From: Bacillota bacterium
Lineage (GTDB): Bacteria > Bacillota > Clostridia > Lachnospirales > Lachnospiraceae
Reading direction: 5' to 3'
Assembly (NCBI GenBank): GCA_023420935.1
Contig: JAEZUR010000071.1
Span: forward strand, 47,434 to 111,433
Length of the DNA: 64,000 nucleotides
A program made the position numbers and the translations under genes. The notes beneath the pieces were generated by a model, which saw only the letters and a list, made by a program, of their open reading frames with translations, did no database searches and was not told where the DNA came from. Shown piece by piece: positions 1 to 10,130 of the stretch; position 1 is the stretch's first letter; every line of letters begins with the position of its first letter.

Positions 1-590
1 TAAACTTTTCGAATCATAGCAATCCATATTGGACAACAGCAACTAGTTAATTGGTAATCTGTTTCTGTTAAGATGTTTTTATCAAATTCCAATGCTTCTT
101 TTAATGTAAGAATATCGGCAAATACGGCAACTTCTACCATACCATCAAAACCAATCTGTTTTAAAGCAGTTCGTAATTGGCCTGGTGTTACTTCTTTTCC
201 GAATTGTCCTAGAAAAGCTGGAGCAATTAAAGTATAGGAAAGTCCATGGTTTGCTTTCAGCGCATTTAATACAGGAATAATATCCTTACTTCCAGTTAGT
301 TTTTCTGCTTTACAGTTATCAACGCAGATATTGCATCCCACGCATTTATCTGGATCAATATCCATGTTGCCATCTGCATTTTTAGTAAAAGCATCAAATG
401 GGCAATTTCCCGCACATTTTCCATTCTCCTCTGGTGGACAGTCGCAATTACCAATACGCCAAACCACAGGGTGCTTTCCTGGATTTAGTAAACAATCCAT
501 TTGATTATACTCGGCTTCATCCATTTCATAAGAAGTGCCATTTATAGTGTCCAGTACAATTTGCTTATAAAGCTCTTGAAACGTTTTCAT
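1..590 (-). CDS. [FeFe]-hydrogenase family protein, N-terminal part (gene runs off the window start)
   Basis: Absent from the ORF track because it is edge-truncated. My translation of the minus strand starts at ATG 590..588, with SD AAAGGAGAA upstream. It reads MKTFQELYKQ...IDPDKCVGCNICVDNC (4Fe-4S motif)...LTSCCCPIWIAMIRKV, which is the TSCCP-type H-cluster motif 1. Confidence 0.6.
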   Translation of the reverse strand, partial: MKTFQELYKQIVLDTINGTSYEMDEAEYNQMDCLLNPGKHPVVWRIGNCDCPPEENGKCAGNCPFDAFTKNADGNMDIDPDKCVGCNICVDNCKAEKLTGSKDIIPVLNALKANHGLSYTLIAPAFLGQFGKEVTPGQLRTALKQIGFDGMVEVAVFADILTLKEALEFDKNILTETDYQLTSCCCPIWIAMIRKV

Positions 591-670
591 TTATGATTCT
601 CCTTTTCGAAAGTAAGACATACATAACTTTATTCTATGCACAGGTACAGTTGTTTTTATGCATTCATTAT

Positions 671-696
671 ATCATGAACAAAAAAATGTTCATGAT
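671..696. promoter_or_regulatory. Perfect 10-6-10 inverted repeat, candidate operator in a divergent intergenic region
   Basis: ATCATGAACA-aaaaaa-TGTTCATGAT lies between the minus-strand hydrogenase-like gene and the plus-strand peroxiredoxin. The regulator is unknown. Confidence 0.3.
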
Positions 697-824
697 CTTG
701 CTAAAATTTCACCCTTGCAAGCAAGTGAAATTTTTTATCATTATACCATATTTTTTGGAAATTGGGTAGAGATTTGGAAGAGTTTGTGCACTTATTAGTG
801 TACTGTGCATAAGATATTACAAAT

Positions 825-1526
825 ATGTGTGGAGGTAAATTTGTGGATCCAGTGGAACATAATCAGATCGGACACATAATGATTGGAATGAAAGCTCCTA
901 ACTTTGATGCTGTCACAACATTTGGCCCATTGAAAATGTCAGATTATAAAGGGAAATGGCTTGTGTTTTTCTCACATCCTGGTGATTATACCCCAGTATG
1001 TACAACGGAATTTCTGGCATTTGCAAAAATGTATCCTAAGTTTGCTGCTATGAATACAGAGCTATTGGGATTGAGTATAGATAGCAATCCATCTCACTTA
1101 GGTTGGGTGTATTCAATCTATTTGGGTACAGAGACACAGATTCCGTTCCCAATTGTTGCAGATAGAATCGGTGAGGTAGCTAGATTATATGGAATGGTAT
1201 CCTATAATGTTTCTACCCAATCTACAGTTAGAAGTGTTTTTATTATTGATCCAGAACAGACTGTTCGAGCAATTCTTACTTATCCTATGACCAATGGAAG
1301 AAATACTGAGGAAATACTTCGGTTAGTGCAAGCGTTACAGGTTACCGATAAATTTAATGTTGTTACACCAGCTAATTGGGTACCTGGCCAATCGGTCTTG
1401 GTTCCAGCAGCCAAGACTTATGAAGAATTGCTAGAGCGAGAGAATCATCCAAAAGAGCTTGGATTAGCTTGTGAAGATTGGTTTTGGTGTTACAAGAATC
1501 TCCCGAAAAATGTAGAAGAAGATTAA
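825..1526 (+). CDS. Peroxiredoxin (AhpC/TSA family, Prx6-like)
   Basis: FFSHPGDYTPVCTTEF peroxidatic-Cys motif; about 230 aa. The true start may be GTG 843 (GGAGG 8 nt upstream) or ATG 879. Confidence 0.85.
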   Translation: MCGGKFVDPVEHNQIGHIMIGMKAPNFDAVTTFGPLKMSDYKGKWLVFFSHPGDYTPVCTTEFLAFAKMYPKFAAMNTELLGLSIDSNPSHLGWVYSIYLGTETQIPFPIVADRIGEVARLYGMVSYNVSTQSTVRSVFIIDPEQTVRAILTYPMTNGRNTEEILRLVQALQVTDKFNVVTPANWVPGQSVLVPAAKTYEELLERENHPKELGLACEDWFWCYKNLPKNVEED

Positions 1527-1748
1527 ACTAAGAGGGATTTGGACGAATTTTGTAAAGAAGAAAGAAAAAAAGTTATTTAAAATTAGTGGCTGCAGGAAAA
1601 TTTTTTTCTGTAGCCAATTTCACGTATTTCCTTATAAATTTATTGTCTTAACTACCTTAGGTTTTCAAATATTTTTTACTTATCAAAAAAATCGTATAAA
1701 AGTAACAGTAATACTAAACATTGTGTTAAACATTTCTAAATAAAGTTC

Positions 1749-1777
1749 TTGCATTTCTATTGAAACCCCTATATAAT
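1749..1777 (+). promoter_or_regulatory. Sigma-A type promoter for the polyamine operon
   Basis: TTGCAT (1749-1754), 17-nt spacer, TATAAT (1772-1777), about 110 nt upstream of speD. Confidence 0.5.
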
Positions 1778-1889
1778 TATGCTGTTTGATTAATAATATA
1801 AAAAGATGACAAAAAACAAAAGTTATGAGTATAGTACGATAGATAGCTTATGCTTCTAGTCACCAATAGGATGATAGAATAGAAAGGTT

Positions 1890-2702
1890 GTGATGTTAGG
1901 GTTGGAAAAAAAGCTTGCATTGTATGGCTTTAACAACCTCACCAAAACACTTAGCTTCAACATTTATGATGTTTGCTATGCAAAAAGTGAGAGAGAGCAA
2001 AGAGACTATATCTCTTATATTGATGAGCAGTATAATTCAGAACGATTAACTTCAATTTTATGTGATGTAACAGAAATGATTGGTGCCCATGTTTTAAATA
2101 TTTCCAAGCAAGATTATGATCCTCAAGGTGCTTCTGTTAATATTTTAATAGCAGAAGGAAATGTTGACCCAGATGCAATTGATGAATCATGTAACCGAGG
2201 AGATTATTTAAATATGCATAAAATGGTACATGGACACTTGGACAAGAGTCATGTAACAGTACATTCCTTCCCAGAATATCACCCAGACAACTCAATCTCT
2301 ACTTTTCGAGTTGACATAGACGTAGCTACCTGTGGAGAAATTTCTCCTTTGAATGCGTTAAATTACTTGATTAGTAGCTTTGATTCCGATATTATCACCA
2401 TCGATTATCGTGTCAGAGGATTTACAAGAGATTTACACGGGAAGAAATATTTTATGGATCACGATATTACATCCATACAAGATTATATAGATGATAAAAC
2501 CCTAACAAAGTATGATGCCATTGATGTAAATGTATATCAATCTAATATTTTTCATACAAAAATGCTGATAAAAGAAATCAATCTTCAGAACTACCTGTTT
2601 AATACAGATGTATATGAATTACCTCCTAAGCAAAGACTTGATATCACCAATAGTCTTCGTAAGGAAATGATTGAGATATTCAGCGGTATGAATATCTATT
2701 AG
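1890..2702 (+). CDS. speD: S-adenosylmethionine decarboxylase proenzyme (E. coli-type, class 1B)
   Basis: The N-terminus [22 protein letters not shown] and the self-cleavage motif [14 protein letters not shown] match E. coli SpeD. The start is GTG 1890 or ATG 1893. Confidence 0.9.
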   Translation: MMLGLEKKLALYGFNNLTKTLSFNIYDVCYAKSEREQRDYISYIDEQYNSERLTSILCDVTEMIGAHVLNISKQDYDPQGASVNILIAEGNVDPDAIDESCNRGDYLNMHKMVHGHLDKSHVTVHSFPEYHPDNSISTFRVDIDVATCGEISPLNALNYLISSFDSDIITIDYRVRGFTRDLHGKKYFMDHDITSIQDYIDDKTLTKYDAIDVNVYQSNIFHTKMLIKEINLQNYLFNTDVYELPPKQRLDITNSLRKEMIEIFSGMNIY

Positions 2703-2719
2703 TAGTTTTGGAGGGTAAG

Positions 2720-4168
2720 ATGAAGCAATTATTACAACAAAATGCTCCTATTTTTGAAGCATTAAAAAAACATAAATCAAATCGAGTGGTTCCTTTTGAT
2801 GTGCCGGGACATAAGGGCGGAAGAGGAAACCAGGAACTGACAGATTTTTTAGGAGAGCAATGTTTAAAAGTTGATGTGAATTCAATGAAGCCTCTAGATA
2901 ATTTCTGTCACCCAGTATCGGTTATAAAAGATGCAGAACAACTAGCAGCAGAAGCATTTGGTGCCAGTGCTGCATTTTTTATCGTAAATGGTACAACGGC
3001 AGCAGTACAAGCTATGATTATGGCAACTTGTAAAGCAGGTGATAAGATTATTATGCCTAGAAATGTACACCGAAGTGCAATCAATGCTCTTGTTGTATGT
3101 GGTGCAATACCTGTTTATATTAATCCTGGAGTAAATAAGGAGTTAGGTATTCCACTAGGTATGGCTGTAGATGAAGTAAAAAGAGCCATCAAAGAAAATC
3201 CGGGCGCAAAAGCAATCCTTGTCAATAATCCAACGTATTATGGAATCTGTTCTAATTTAAAGGAGATTGTCAGGATAGCGCATGAACATAATATGTATGT
3301 GTTGGTAGATGAGGCTCATGGTACACATTTTTATTTCGGGGAAGACATGCCTCTCTCTGGAATGGCAGCAGGCGCGGATATGGCAGCAATTAGTATGCAT
3401 AAAACCGGTGGATCCTTAACACAGAGTTCTTTTTTAGTTTGCAGTGACCGAATGAATCCAGGCTATGTAAGACAGGTTATTAACTTAACCCAGACTACAA
3501 GTGGATCCTACTTATTAATGTCATCGTTAGATATCGCTAGAAAGAACTTAAGTTTAAATGGAAAAGAAATGTTTAAAAAGACCGTGGAATTTGCAGAATA
3601 TGCAAGGAACGAGATTAATAAGTTAGGTGGATATTATGCCTTTTCTTCCGAATTAATTAATGGGGATACGGTGTATGATTTTGATAAAACAAAACTTTCC
3701 ATTCATACTAGAGATATAGGCTTGGCGGGCATCGAAGTTTATGATTTGTTGCGAGATGAGTATGGCATTCAGATTGAATTTGGAGATATAGGAAATATTC
3801 TAGCAATTATTTCAGCCGGCGATCGCGGACTTGAAATTGAGCGTTTAATTTCCGCTTTATCAGAAATCAAACGTGTTTATGAGAAAGATCCAGCCGGCGT
3901 CTTTGATCACGAATATATTAGTCCGATGGTAGAAATGGCTCCACAAGAAGCATTTTATGGTGAGAAAAAAGCAGTTTTAATCAAGGAAAGTCAGGGACAA
4001 ATCTGCGGGGAGTTTATTATGTGCTATCCGCCAGGGATCCCAATTTTAGCACCGGGAGAACAGATTACAGAGGATATCATTCAATATATCTTGTATGCGA
4101 AAGAAAAGGGATGCCTCTTAACAGGTCCAGAAGATATGACAATCGAAAAGGTTAATATTGTTTGTTAA
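2720..4168 (+). CDS. speA: PLP-dependent Orn/Lys/Arg decarboxylase family, Bacillus SpeA-type arginine decarboxylase
   Basis: About 480 aa with the SMHKTGGSLTQSS PLP-lysine motif. Operon context with agmatinase supports arginine as substrate. ATG 2720 follows GGAGGG; the track start TTG 2708 overlaps the SD. Confidence 0.75.
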   Translation: MKQLLQQNAPIFEALKKHKSNRVVPFDVPGHKGGRGNQELTDFLGEQCLKVDVNSMKPLDNFCHPVSVIKDAEQLAAEAFGASAAFFIVNGTTAAVQAMIMATCKAGDKIIMPRNVHRSAINALVVCGAIPVYINPGVNKELGIPLGMAVDEVKRAIKENPGAKAILVNNPTYYGICSNLKEIVRIAHEHNMYVLVDEAHGTHFYFGEDMPLSGMAAGADMAAISMHKTGGSLTQSSFLVCSDRMNPGYVRQVINLTQTTSGSYLLMSSLDIARKNLSLNGKEMFKKTVEFAEYARNEINKLGGYYAFSSELINGDTVYDFDKTKLSIHTRDIGLAGIEVYDLLRDEYGIQIEFGDIGNILAIISAGDRGLEIERLISALSEIKRVYEKDPAGVFDHEYISPMVEMAPQEAFYGEKKAVLIKESQGQICGEFIMCYPPGIPILAPGEQITEDIIQYILYAKEKGCLLTGPEDMTIEKVNIVC

Positions 4169-4213
4169 TGCAAATCAGTAAAACGCGCGGATACGTGCAG
4201 ATGGGAGTAATAG

Positions 4214-5068
4214 ATGGAATTATGGTATACCGAAAAACATACGAAGGACGTTCATTTTTCAATTAAAGTAGAAAAACAGTTGGCTAGTGTACAAAGTGAT
4301 TTCCAGAGAATTGATGTATTCTGGACACCAGAGTTTGGTAATATTCTTACCTTAGATGGATGCTTAATGGTTACAGAAAAGGATGAATTTATCTATCATG
4401 AAATGATTACTCACATTCCCATGGCGGTAAATCCGAATATAAAAAAAGTATTAGTAATTGGTGCTGGAGATGGTGGAACCATTCGTGAGCTAACTAGATA
4501 TGAAACCATTGCAGAGATACATTTGGTAGAGATAGATGAGATGGTTGTAGAAGTCTGTAGAGAACATTTGCCGTCTACAGCATGTAAACTAGATGACAAA
4601 AGAGTAAAGATATATTTTGAGGATGGCTTAAAGTTTGTACGCACCAAAGAAAATATGTATGACTTAATAATTGTAGATTCCACAGACCCGTTTGGACCAG
4701 GAGAAGGTCTTTTTACAAAGGCGTTCTATGGCAACTGCTTTAAAGCCTTAACAGAAGATGGCATCTTGGTAAATCAACATGAGAGTACTTATTATGACTC
4801 GTATTCACAGGCAATGAAGCGTGCACATTTACGTATTAAAGAATTGTTTCCAATTTGTAATGTGTTTCAAGCTCATATTCCAACGTATCCGTCTGGACAT
4901 TGGTTGTTTGGCTTTGCATCCAAGAAATATCATCCAATCAAAGATTTTGATGAAAAAAAATGGAATGACCTGAATCTAAAAACAAGATACTATAATACAG
5001 AGCTTCATAAAGGCTCATTTGCCATACCAAACTATGTAAAGGAGCAATTAGAAGATGAAAATGAATAA
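4214..5068 (+). CDS. speE: Spermidine synthase (polyamine aminopropyltransferase)
   Basis: VLVIGAGDGGTIRE and VDSTDPFGPGE motifs; 284 aa. Confidence 0.9.
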   Translation: MELWYTEKHTKDVHFSIKVEKQLASVQSDFQRIDVFWTPEFGNILTLDGCLMVTEKDEFIYHEMITHIPMAVNPNIKKVLVIGAGDGGTIRELTRYETIAEIHLVEIDEMVVEVCREHLPSTACKLDDKRVKIYFEDGLKFVRTKENMYDLIIVDSTDPFGPGEGLFTKAFYGNCFKALTEDGILVNQHESTYYDSYSQAMKRAHLRIKELFPICNVFQAHIPTYPSGHWLFGFASKKYHPIKDFDEKKWNDLNLKTRYYNTELHKGSFAIPNYVKEQLEDENE

Positions 5069-5909
5069 GAACATTCATACTTTTATTGGTTGTGACAGTG
5101 AATATGAAGACAGTAGAATTGTAATATGGGGTGCTCCATTTGACAGTACTACATCATATCGTCCAGGTACTAGATTTGCCAGTGCAACCATGAGAAATGA
5201 AAGTTTTGGTATAGAAACATATAGCCCTTATCAGGATAAAGATTTATTAGACACAGAAATATTTGATGGGGGAGATCTAGAACTTCCCTTTGGTAACCCA
5301 GTACAAGCATTGGCTGATATTGAAGAGTACACAGCTAAGATTCTTGAAGATGGGAAGTTGCCACTTATGATAGGCGGAGAGCATCTTGTAACATTAGGTG
5401 CAGTAAGAGCAGCCGTGAAACAGTATCCAGATCTTCATATTATTCATTTTGATGCTCATGCGGATTTACGCGATGATTATCTTGGAATGACCCTATCTCA
5501 TGCCACCGTCATGAGACGTTGTTGGGATTTAACTGGAGATCAGAGAATCTTTCAGTTTGGTATTCGTAGCGGTGAACGAGATGAATTTTATTGGGCGAAG
5601 GAACATATTAGCACCTGTAAATTTAATTTTACTGACTTAGAGAAAGCCATGGAGCAGATTGGTGACAAGCCAATTTATTTTACCATAGATCTAGATGTGT
5701 TAGACCCTTCTGTTTTCCCAGGAACAGGAACACCAGAAGCTGGCGGAGTTACCTTTTTGGAACTGACCAATGCGATTAAAAAAGTAGCAAAAGGAAATGT
5801 AATAGCGGCAGATATGAATGAATTATCTCCAATATACGATCAAAGCGGAGCATCTACAGCCCTCGCCTGCAAGATACTAAGAGAGCTACTGCTAGAACTT
5901 TATAAATAG
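5055..5909 (+). CDS. speB: Agmatinase (ureohydrolase family)
   Basis: Mn-binding motifs HFDAHADLRD and DLDVLDPS; overlaps the speE stop by 14 nt. Confidence 0.85.
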   Translation: MKMNKNIHTFIGCDSEYEDSRIVIWGAPFDSTTSYRPGTRFASATMRNESFGIETYSPYQDKDLLDTEIFDGGDLELPFGNPVQALADIEEYTAKILEDGKLPLMIGGEHLVTLGAVRAAVKQYPDLHIIHFDAHADLRDDYLGMTLSHATVMRRCWDLTGDQRIFQFGIRSGERDEFYWAKEHISTCKFNFTDLEKAMEQIGDKPIYFTIDLDVLDPSVFPGTGTPEAGGVTFLELTNAIKKVAKGNVIAADMNELSPIYDQSGASTALACKILRELLLELYK

Positions 5910-5928
5910 GAATAAGGAGGAACGAAAG

Positions 5929-7128
5929 ATGGGAAGAGCCCTGATTATTGGAGCTGGTGGAGTTGCCAGCGTTGTAGTACACAAATGTTGTCAAAATTCT
6001 GAGGTTTTTGAAGACATCATGATTGCAAGTAGAACAAAATCAAAATGTGATGCGTTAAAAGAAAAACTAGATGGTGGAAAAACAAAGATTTCAACAGCGC
6101 AGGTTAATGCTGATAATGTAGAGGAACTAATAGCATTAATAGAGGATTATAAGCCAGATATCGTAATCAATGTAGCGTTACCATATCAAGATTTAACCAT
6201 TATGGATGCTTGTTTAGCTACAAAAGTAGATTATGTTGATACTGCTAACTATGAGCCGTTGGATACTGCTAAGTTTGAGTACAAATGGCAATGGGAGTAT
6301 CGGGAACGATTTGAAAAAGCTGGAATTACAGCACTTCTTGGTAGTGGATTTGATCCTGGTGTAACTGGGGTATTTTCTGCTTATGCTTTAAAACATGAAT
6401 TTGATGAAATTAACTATATTGATATACTTGATGCCAATGCAGGTGATCATGGTTATCCATTTGCAACAAACTTTAACCCTGAAATTAATATCCGTGAAGT
6501 AACAGCCAAGGGTAGTTATTGGGAGAATGGTGACTGGGTTGAAACTGAGCCTATGGAAATCAAGCGAGAATATAATTTTCCTGAAATCGGAAAGAAAGAT
6601 ATGTACTTACTACATCATGAAGAGTTAGAATCCCTTGGGATTAACATCACAGGGATTAAGAGAATTCGTTTCTTTATGACTTTCTCACAGAATTACTTAA
6701 CTCATTTAAAAGTTCTTGAAAATGTAGGTATGACTTCTATTGAACCAATTGATTTCGAGGGACAGAAAATAGTACCATTACAGTTTCTAAAAGCAGTGCT
6801 TCCTGATCCTGCATCCTTAGGACCTCGCACCAAAGGAAAAACTAATATTGGTTGTATCTTCCAAGGTATTAAAGATGGAAAAGAGAAAACCTATTATATT
6901 TACAATGTTTGTGATCACGAAGAATGTTATAAGGAAGTTGGTTCACAGGCAATCTCTTATACCACAGGTGTGCCAGCCATGATTGGTGCTATGATGGTAA
7001 TGACAGGAAAATGGAAGAAACCAGGAGTTTATAACATTGAAGAATTCGATCCAGATCCATTTATGGATGCTTTAAATGAATATGGTCTTCCATGGCAAGA
7101 AAGTTTTACCCCAGAACTTGTAGATTAA
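5929..7128 (+). CDS. Carboxy(nor)spermidine dehydrogenase/synthase (saccharopine dehydrogenase family)
   Basis: 399 aa with an N-terminal Rossmann motif LIIGAGGVASVV. It sits immediately upstream of the carboxynorspermidine decarboxylase gene. Confidence 0.8.
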   Translation: MGRALIIGAGGVASVVVHKCCQNSEVFEDIMIASRTKSKCDALKEKLDGGKTKISTAQVNADNVEELIALIEDYKPDIVINVALPYQDLTIMDACLATKVDYVDTANYEPLDTAKFEYKWQWEYRERFEKAGITALLGSGFDPGVTGVFSAYALKHEFDEINYIDILDANAGDHGYPFATNFNPEINIREVTAKGSYWENGDWVETEPMEIKREYNFPEIGKKDMYLLHHEELESLGINITGIKRIRFFMTFSQNYLTHLKVLENVGMTSIEPIDFEGQKIVPLQFLKAVLPDPASLGPRTKGKTNIGCIFQGIKDGKEKTYYIYNVCDHEECYKEVGSQAISYTTGVPAMIGAMMVMTGKWKKPGVYNIEEFDPDPFMDALNEYGLPWQESFTPELVD

Positions 7129-7260
7129 AACTGTGTGGCTGTTACAAGATTGGTTTATACTCTAATCCTAGGATAGGAATATTAAACTATAACGTAGCAG
7201 CCTACTTTAATAATGAACGAATCGTTTATACGTGCGCAATGCGCACAGATCGGAGTTAAA

Positions 7261-8406
7261 ATGAATTTAGATTTTAATGCTTTACCAACTCCATGCTATG
7301 TTGTGGATGAGAGATTATTGATAAAGAATTTAGAATTAATAAAATCCGTATCGGATCGTACAGGCTGTAAAATTTTATTAGCACAGAAAGCATTCTCCAT
7401 GTTTTCTATGTATCCTATCATTGGTAAATATGTATGTGGCTCTACAGCCAGTTCTTTATTTGAGGCAAAGCTTGGTTATGAAGAGATGGGTGGAGAAGTA
7501 CATATATTTTCTCCAGCTTATCTAGAAGATGAAATAGATGAAATCCTAAGTATTTGTGATCATATGGTATTTAACTCCATGAAACAGTGGAAAAAATATC
7601 GGGATAGAGTACAAGAAGCTAGAAAGTCTGGACGTCATATTGAGTGTGGCCTCCGTATTAATCCAGAATATTCAGAAATAGAGACGGATTTGTATAACCC
7701 TTGCTTTACCAATTCTAGATTGGGAATTACCCTAGACCAATTTGATGAATCAGAATTAGAAGGGATAGACGGACTTCATTTTCACACTATGTGTGAACAA
7801 AATTCTGATGTACTAGAGCGCACGTTAAAAGTAGTGGAAGAACGGTTTGGTAAATATTTTCATCAAATGAAATGGATTAACTTTGGTGGAGGACATCATA
7901 TTACCAGACCTGATTACGATGTGGATACGTTAGTAGGTTGTATTGAATTAATAAAGGAAAAATATCAAGTACAAGTCTACTTAGAACCTGGTGAAGCATT
8001 TGCATTAAATACAGGGTATTTAGTGACAAAAGTATTAGAAACCTCTAAAAATGGAATAGATCTTGCAATCTTAGATACTTCAGCTGAATGTCATATGCCA
8101 GATGTAATTGAGATGCCATATCGTCCAGTTTTAATTGGCGCAAAAGATCCAGGTGAATATCCATACACATACCGCTTAGGAAGCGCAACTTGTTTAGCAG
8201 GAGACATCATTGGAGATTATTCCTTTCCAAAACCTTTAGAAGAAGGTGATAAATTAGTTTTTACAGATATGGCTCATTATACCATGGTAAAGAACAACAC
8301 TTTTAATGGAATTAATCTCCCGACCATAGCGAGTTTTAATGAAAAAGAAGGAATAAAAATAATTCGAACATTTGGATATGAAGATTTCAAAGGTAGATTA
8401 TCGTAG
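7261..8406 (+). CDS. nspC: Carboxynorspermidine/carboxyspermidine decarboxylase
   Basis: PTPCYVVDE N-terminus, NFGGGHH and EPGEA motifs of the NspC family. ATG 7261 is preferred over the track start 7213 (GGAG upstream). Confidence 0.8.
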   Translation: MNLDFNALPTPCYVVDERLLIKNLELIKSVSDRTGCKILLAQKAFSMFSMYPIIGKYVCGSTASSLFEAKLGYEEMGGEVHIFSPAYLEDEIDEILSICDHMVFNSMKQWKKYRDRVQEARKSGRHIECGLRINPEYSEIETDLYNPCFTNSRLGITLDQFDESELEGIDGLHFHTMCEQNSDVLERTLKVVEERFGKYFHQMKWINFGGGHHITRPDYDVDTLVGCIELIKEKYQVQVYLEPGEAFALNTGYLVTKVLETSKNGIDLAILDTSAECHMPDVIEMPYRPVLIGAKDPGEYPYTYRLGSATCLAGDIIGDYSFPKPLEEGDKLVFTDMAHYTMVKNNTFNGINLPTIASFNEKEGIKIIRTFGYEDFKGRLS

Positions 8407-8440
8407 TATAACATTACAAAAGAGAAGGATACATTTATAG

Positions 8441-10078
8441 ATGATAAATAGAAAGAATTTAAGGCGATTTTTGTTATCTACCTTACTGTTCTTAATACTA
8501 TTGCAGAGTCAAAAGGTAGAAGCAGTTGAGAATAATCAGGATGGAACTAATACAACAGTAGAGGAGCCAATTGCTACGCAAGCTCCAGATTTTACTACTT
8601 CTAGTACGAAGCTACAACTTGTTCAGACAGAATCAGCTCTCGTGGTTGGACAAAAGTATATCCTTCAATGGAGCTTATTGCCAACAGAGGCTACTGATCC
8701 TGTAAGTTTTTCATCTGACAATGAATCGGTAGCAACCGTAGATAGCAAGGGAGAAGTTACTGGTATCCGAGTGGGTACTGCAATCATATCTGTTTTTTTA
8801 GCAAACGGTGAAAAAGCTAATTGTGTTATAACGGTTTCCTCTTTATTAGAATCTATCCAGGTACTATATTTATCTAAGAATACTTGCACTTTAGCAATCG
8901 ATCAGAGTAGAACATTTTATTATGAATTAGTGCCAGAAGGGAATCCAGAAACGAAAATGCTATGGACTACCAGCGATGAACAGATTGCTACAGTTGAGGA
9001 AGACGGAAGAGTTAGCGCAAAAAAGGTTGGTACGGTTCAAATAACAATGGAAGCTGACGATGGAAGTGGTATTAAGACTTCAATTACAGTAAAGGTAAAA
9101 AAGCGTGATAAGTCTGCGAAATTGTCAGAGTCTAACTTATCCATAGTGGATGATTCTAAGGTAAAGTATACCTATAATGCTATGGTCAGTGATCTAAAAG
9201 CATTGAATAATAAGTACGGAGACTGTATCGATATAAACATCTTAAATCTTACCTATGATAAGAGGAATATATATGAAGTTGTACTAGGAAACCCCAATGC
9301 AAAGAAACACATTGTGGTACAATCAACGATACATGGTAGAGAGTATATGGCGTCCCTTCTCACCATGAAGCAGATAGAGTTATATTGCAGAAATTATTAT
9401 ACGGGAATGCACAATAAACAGTATTTTAGCGAATATTTTGACGATGTTGCCTTTCACATTGTTCCAATGGCCAATCCAGACGGAGTTACGATTAGTCAAT
9501 CTGGGGCATCTGGTATTCGTAATAAAACCATTCGTAAGAAACTTGTTAAGATGTGCAAAAAGTATGGCAAGGGCAAGAAATCTTATTATACAAGATGGAA
9601 GGCAAATGCACGAGGAGTAGATCTAAACCGTAACTTTAACTCTTATTGGAAGATCTTAAGTAACGGAATTAAGTCTCCGGGAGCTTATTTCTACAAAGGG
9701 AAAACGGTGGAGTCAGAGATTGAGACAGAAACGCTTGTGAATCTAGTCAATGAAGTGAAACCAATCTGCACCATTAGTTATCATGCATCTGGTTCTGTGC
9801 TTTATTGGTATTATGGGCAAAAGGGTTCGCTGAAAACCAAATCGGTGAAACTAGTTTCGGCAGTAAAGAAATTAACTGGTTATGATAAAATAACATCCTT
9901 TACCAAAAAGAAAAGTGCTGGATTTAGTGATTGGATTTCAATAAAAAAGAAGCTCCCAGCTGTTACCATAGAAATCGGGAAGAAAAGCTGCCCACTTAAG
10001 TTAAAGGAATTTAAATCCATCTGGAAAAAGAATAAAATGTTATACATAACGGTGGCAGACTTATATGATATAGAATAA
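8441..10078 (+). CDS. Secreted M14 zinc carboxypeptidase with N-terminal Big_2 (Ig-like) repeats
   Basis: Signal peptide present. Two repeats carry VATVDSKGEVTG / IATVEEDGRVSA motifs. M14 motifs HGREYM, PMANPDG, NRNF and YHASG are present. Confidence 0.75.
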   Translation: MINRKNLRRFLLSTLLFLILLQSQKVEAVENNQDGTNTTVEEPIATQAPDFTTSSTKLQLVQTESALVVGQKYILQWSLLPTEATDPVSFSSDNESVATVDSKGEVTGIRVGTAIISVFLANGEKANCVITVSSLLESIQVLYLSKNTCTLAIDQSRTFYYELVPEGNPETKMLWTTSDEQIATVEEDGRVSAKKVGTVQITMEADDGSGIKTSITVKVKKRDKSAKLSESNLSIVDDSKVKYTYNAMVSDLKALNNKYGDCIDINILNLTYDKRNIYEVVLGNPNAKKHIVVQSTIHGREYMASLLTMKQIELYCRNYYTGMHNKQYFSEYFDDVAFHIVPMANPDGVTISQSGASGIRNKTIRKKLVKMCKKYGKGKKSYYTRWKANARGVDLNRNFNSYWKILSNGIKSPGAYFYKGKTVESEIETETLVNLVNEVKPICTISYHASGSVLYWYYGQKGSLKTKSVKLVSAVKKLTGYDKITSFTKKKSAGFSDWISIKKKLPAVTIEIGKKSCPLKLKEFKSIWKKNKMLYITVADLYDIE

Positions 10079-10081
10079 GAG

Positions 10082-10128
10082 TTCACATCTGTGGAGCAGT
10101 AATATGTTCCATGGGTGTGAATTTTTTT
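10082..10128 (+). terminator. Intrinsic terminator after the M14 peptidase gene
   Basis: Stem 10082-10095 / 10108-10121 followed by T7 (10122-10128). Confidence 0.55.
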
Positions 10129-10130
10129 GT

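Noticed and set aside
1806-1859. 17-codon upstream ORF (MTKNKSYEYSTIDSLCF) in the speD leader, reminiscent of eukaryotic AdoMetDC uORF control
   Set aside because: There is no Shine-Dalgarno sequence before its ATG, and I cannot assess conservation. It is most likely fortuitous.
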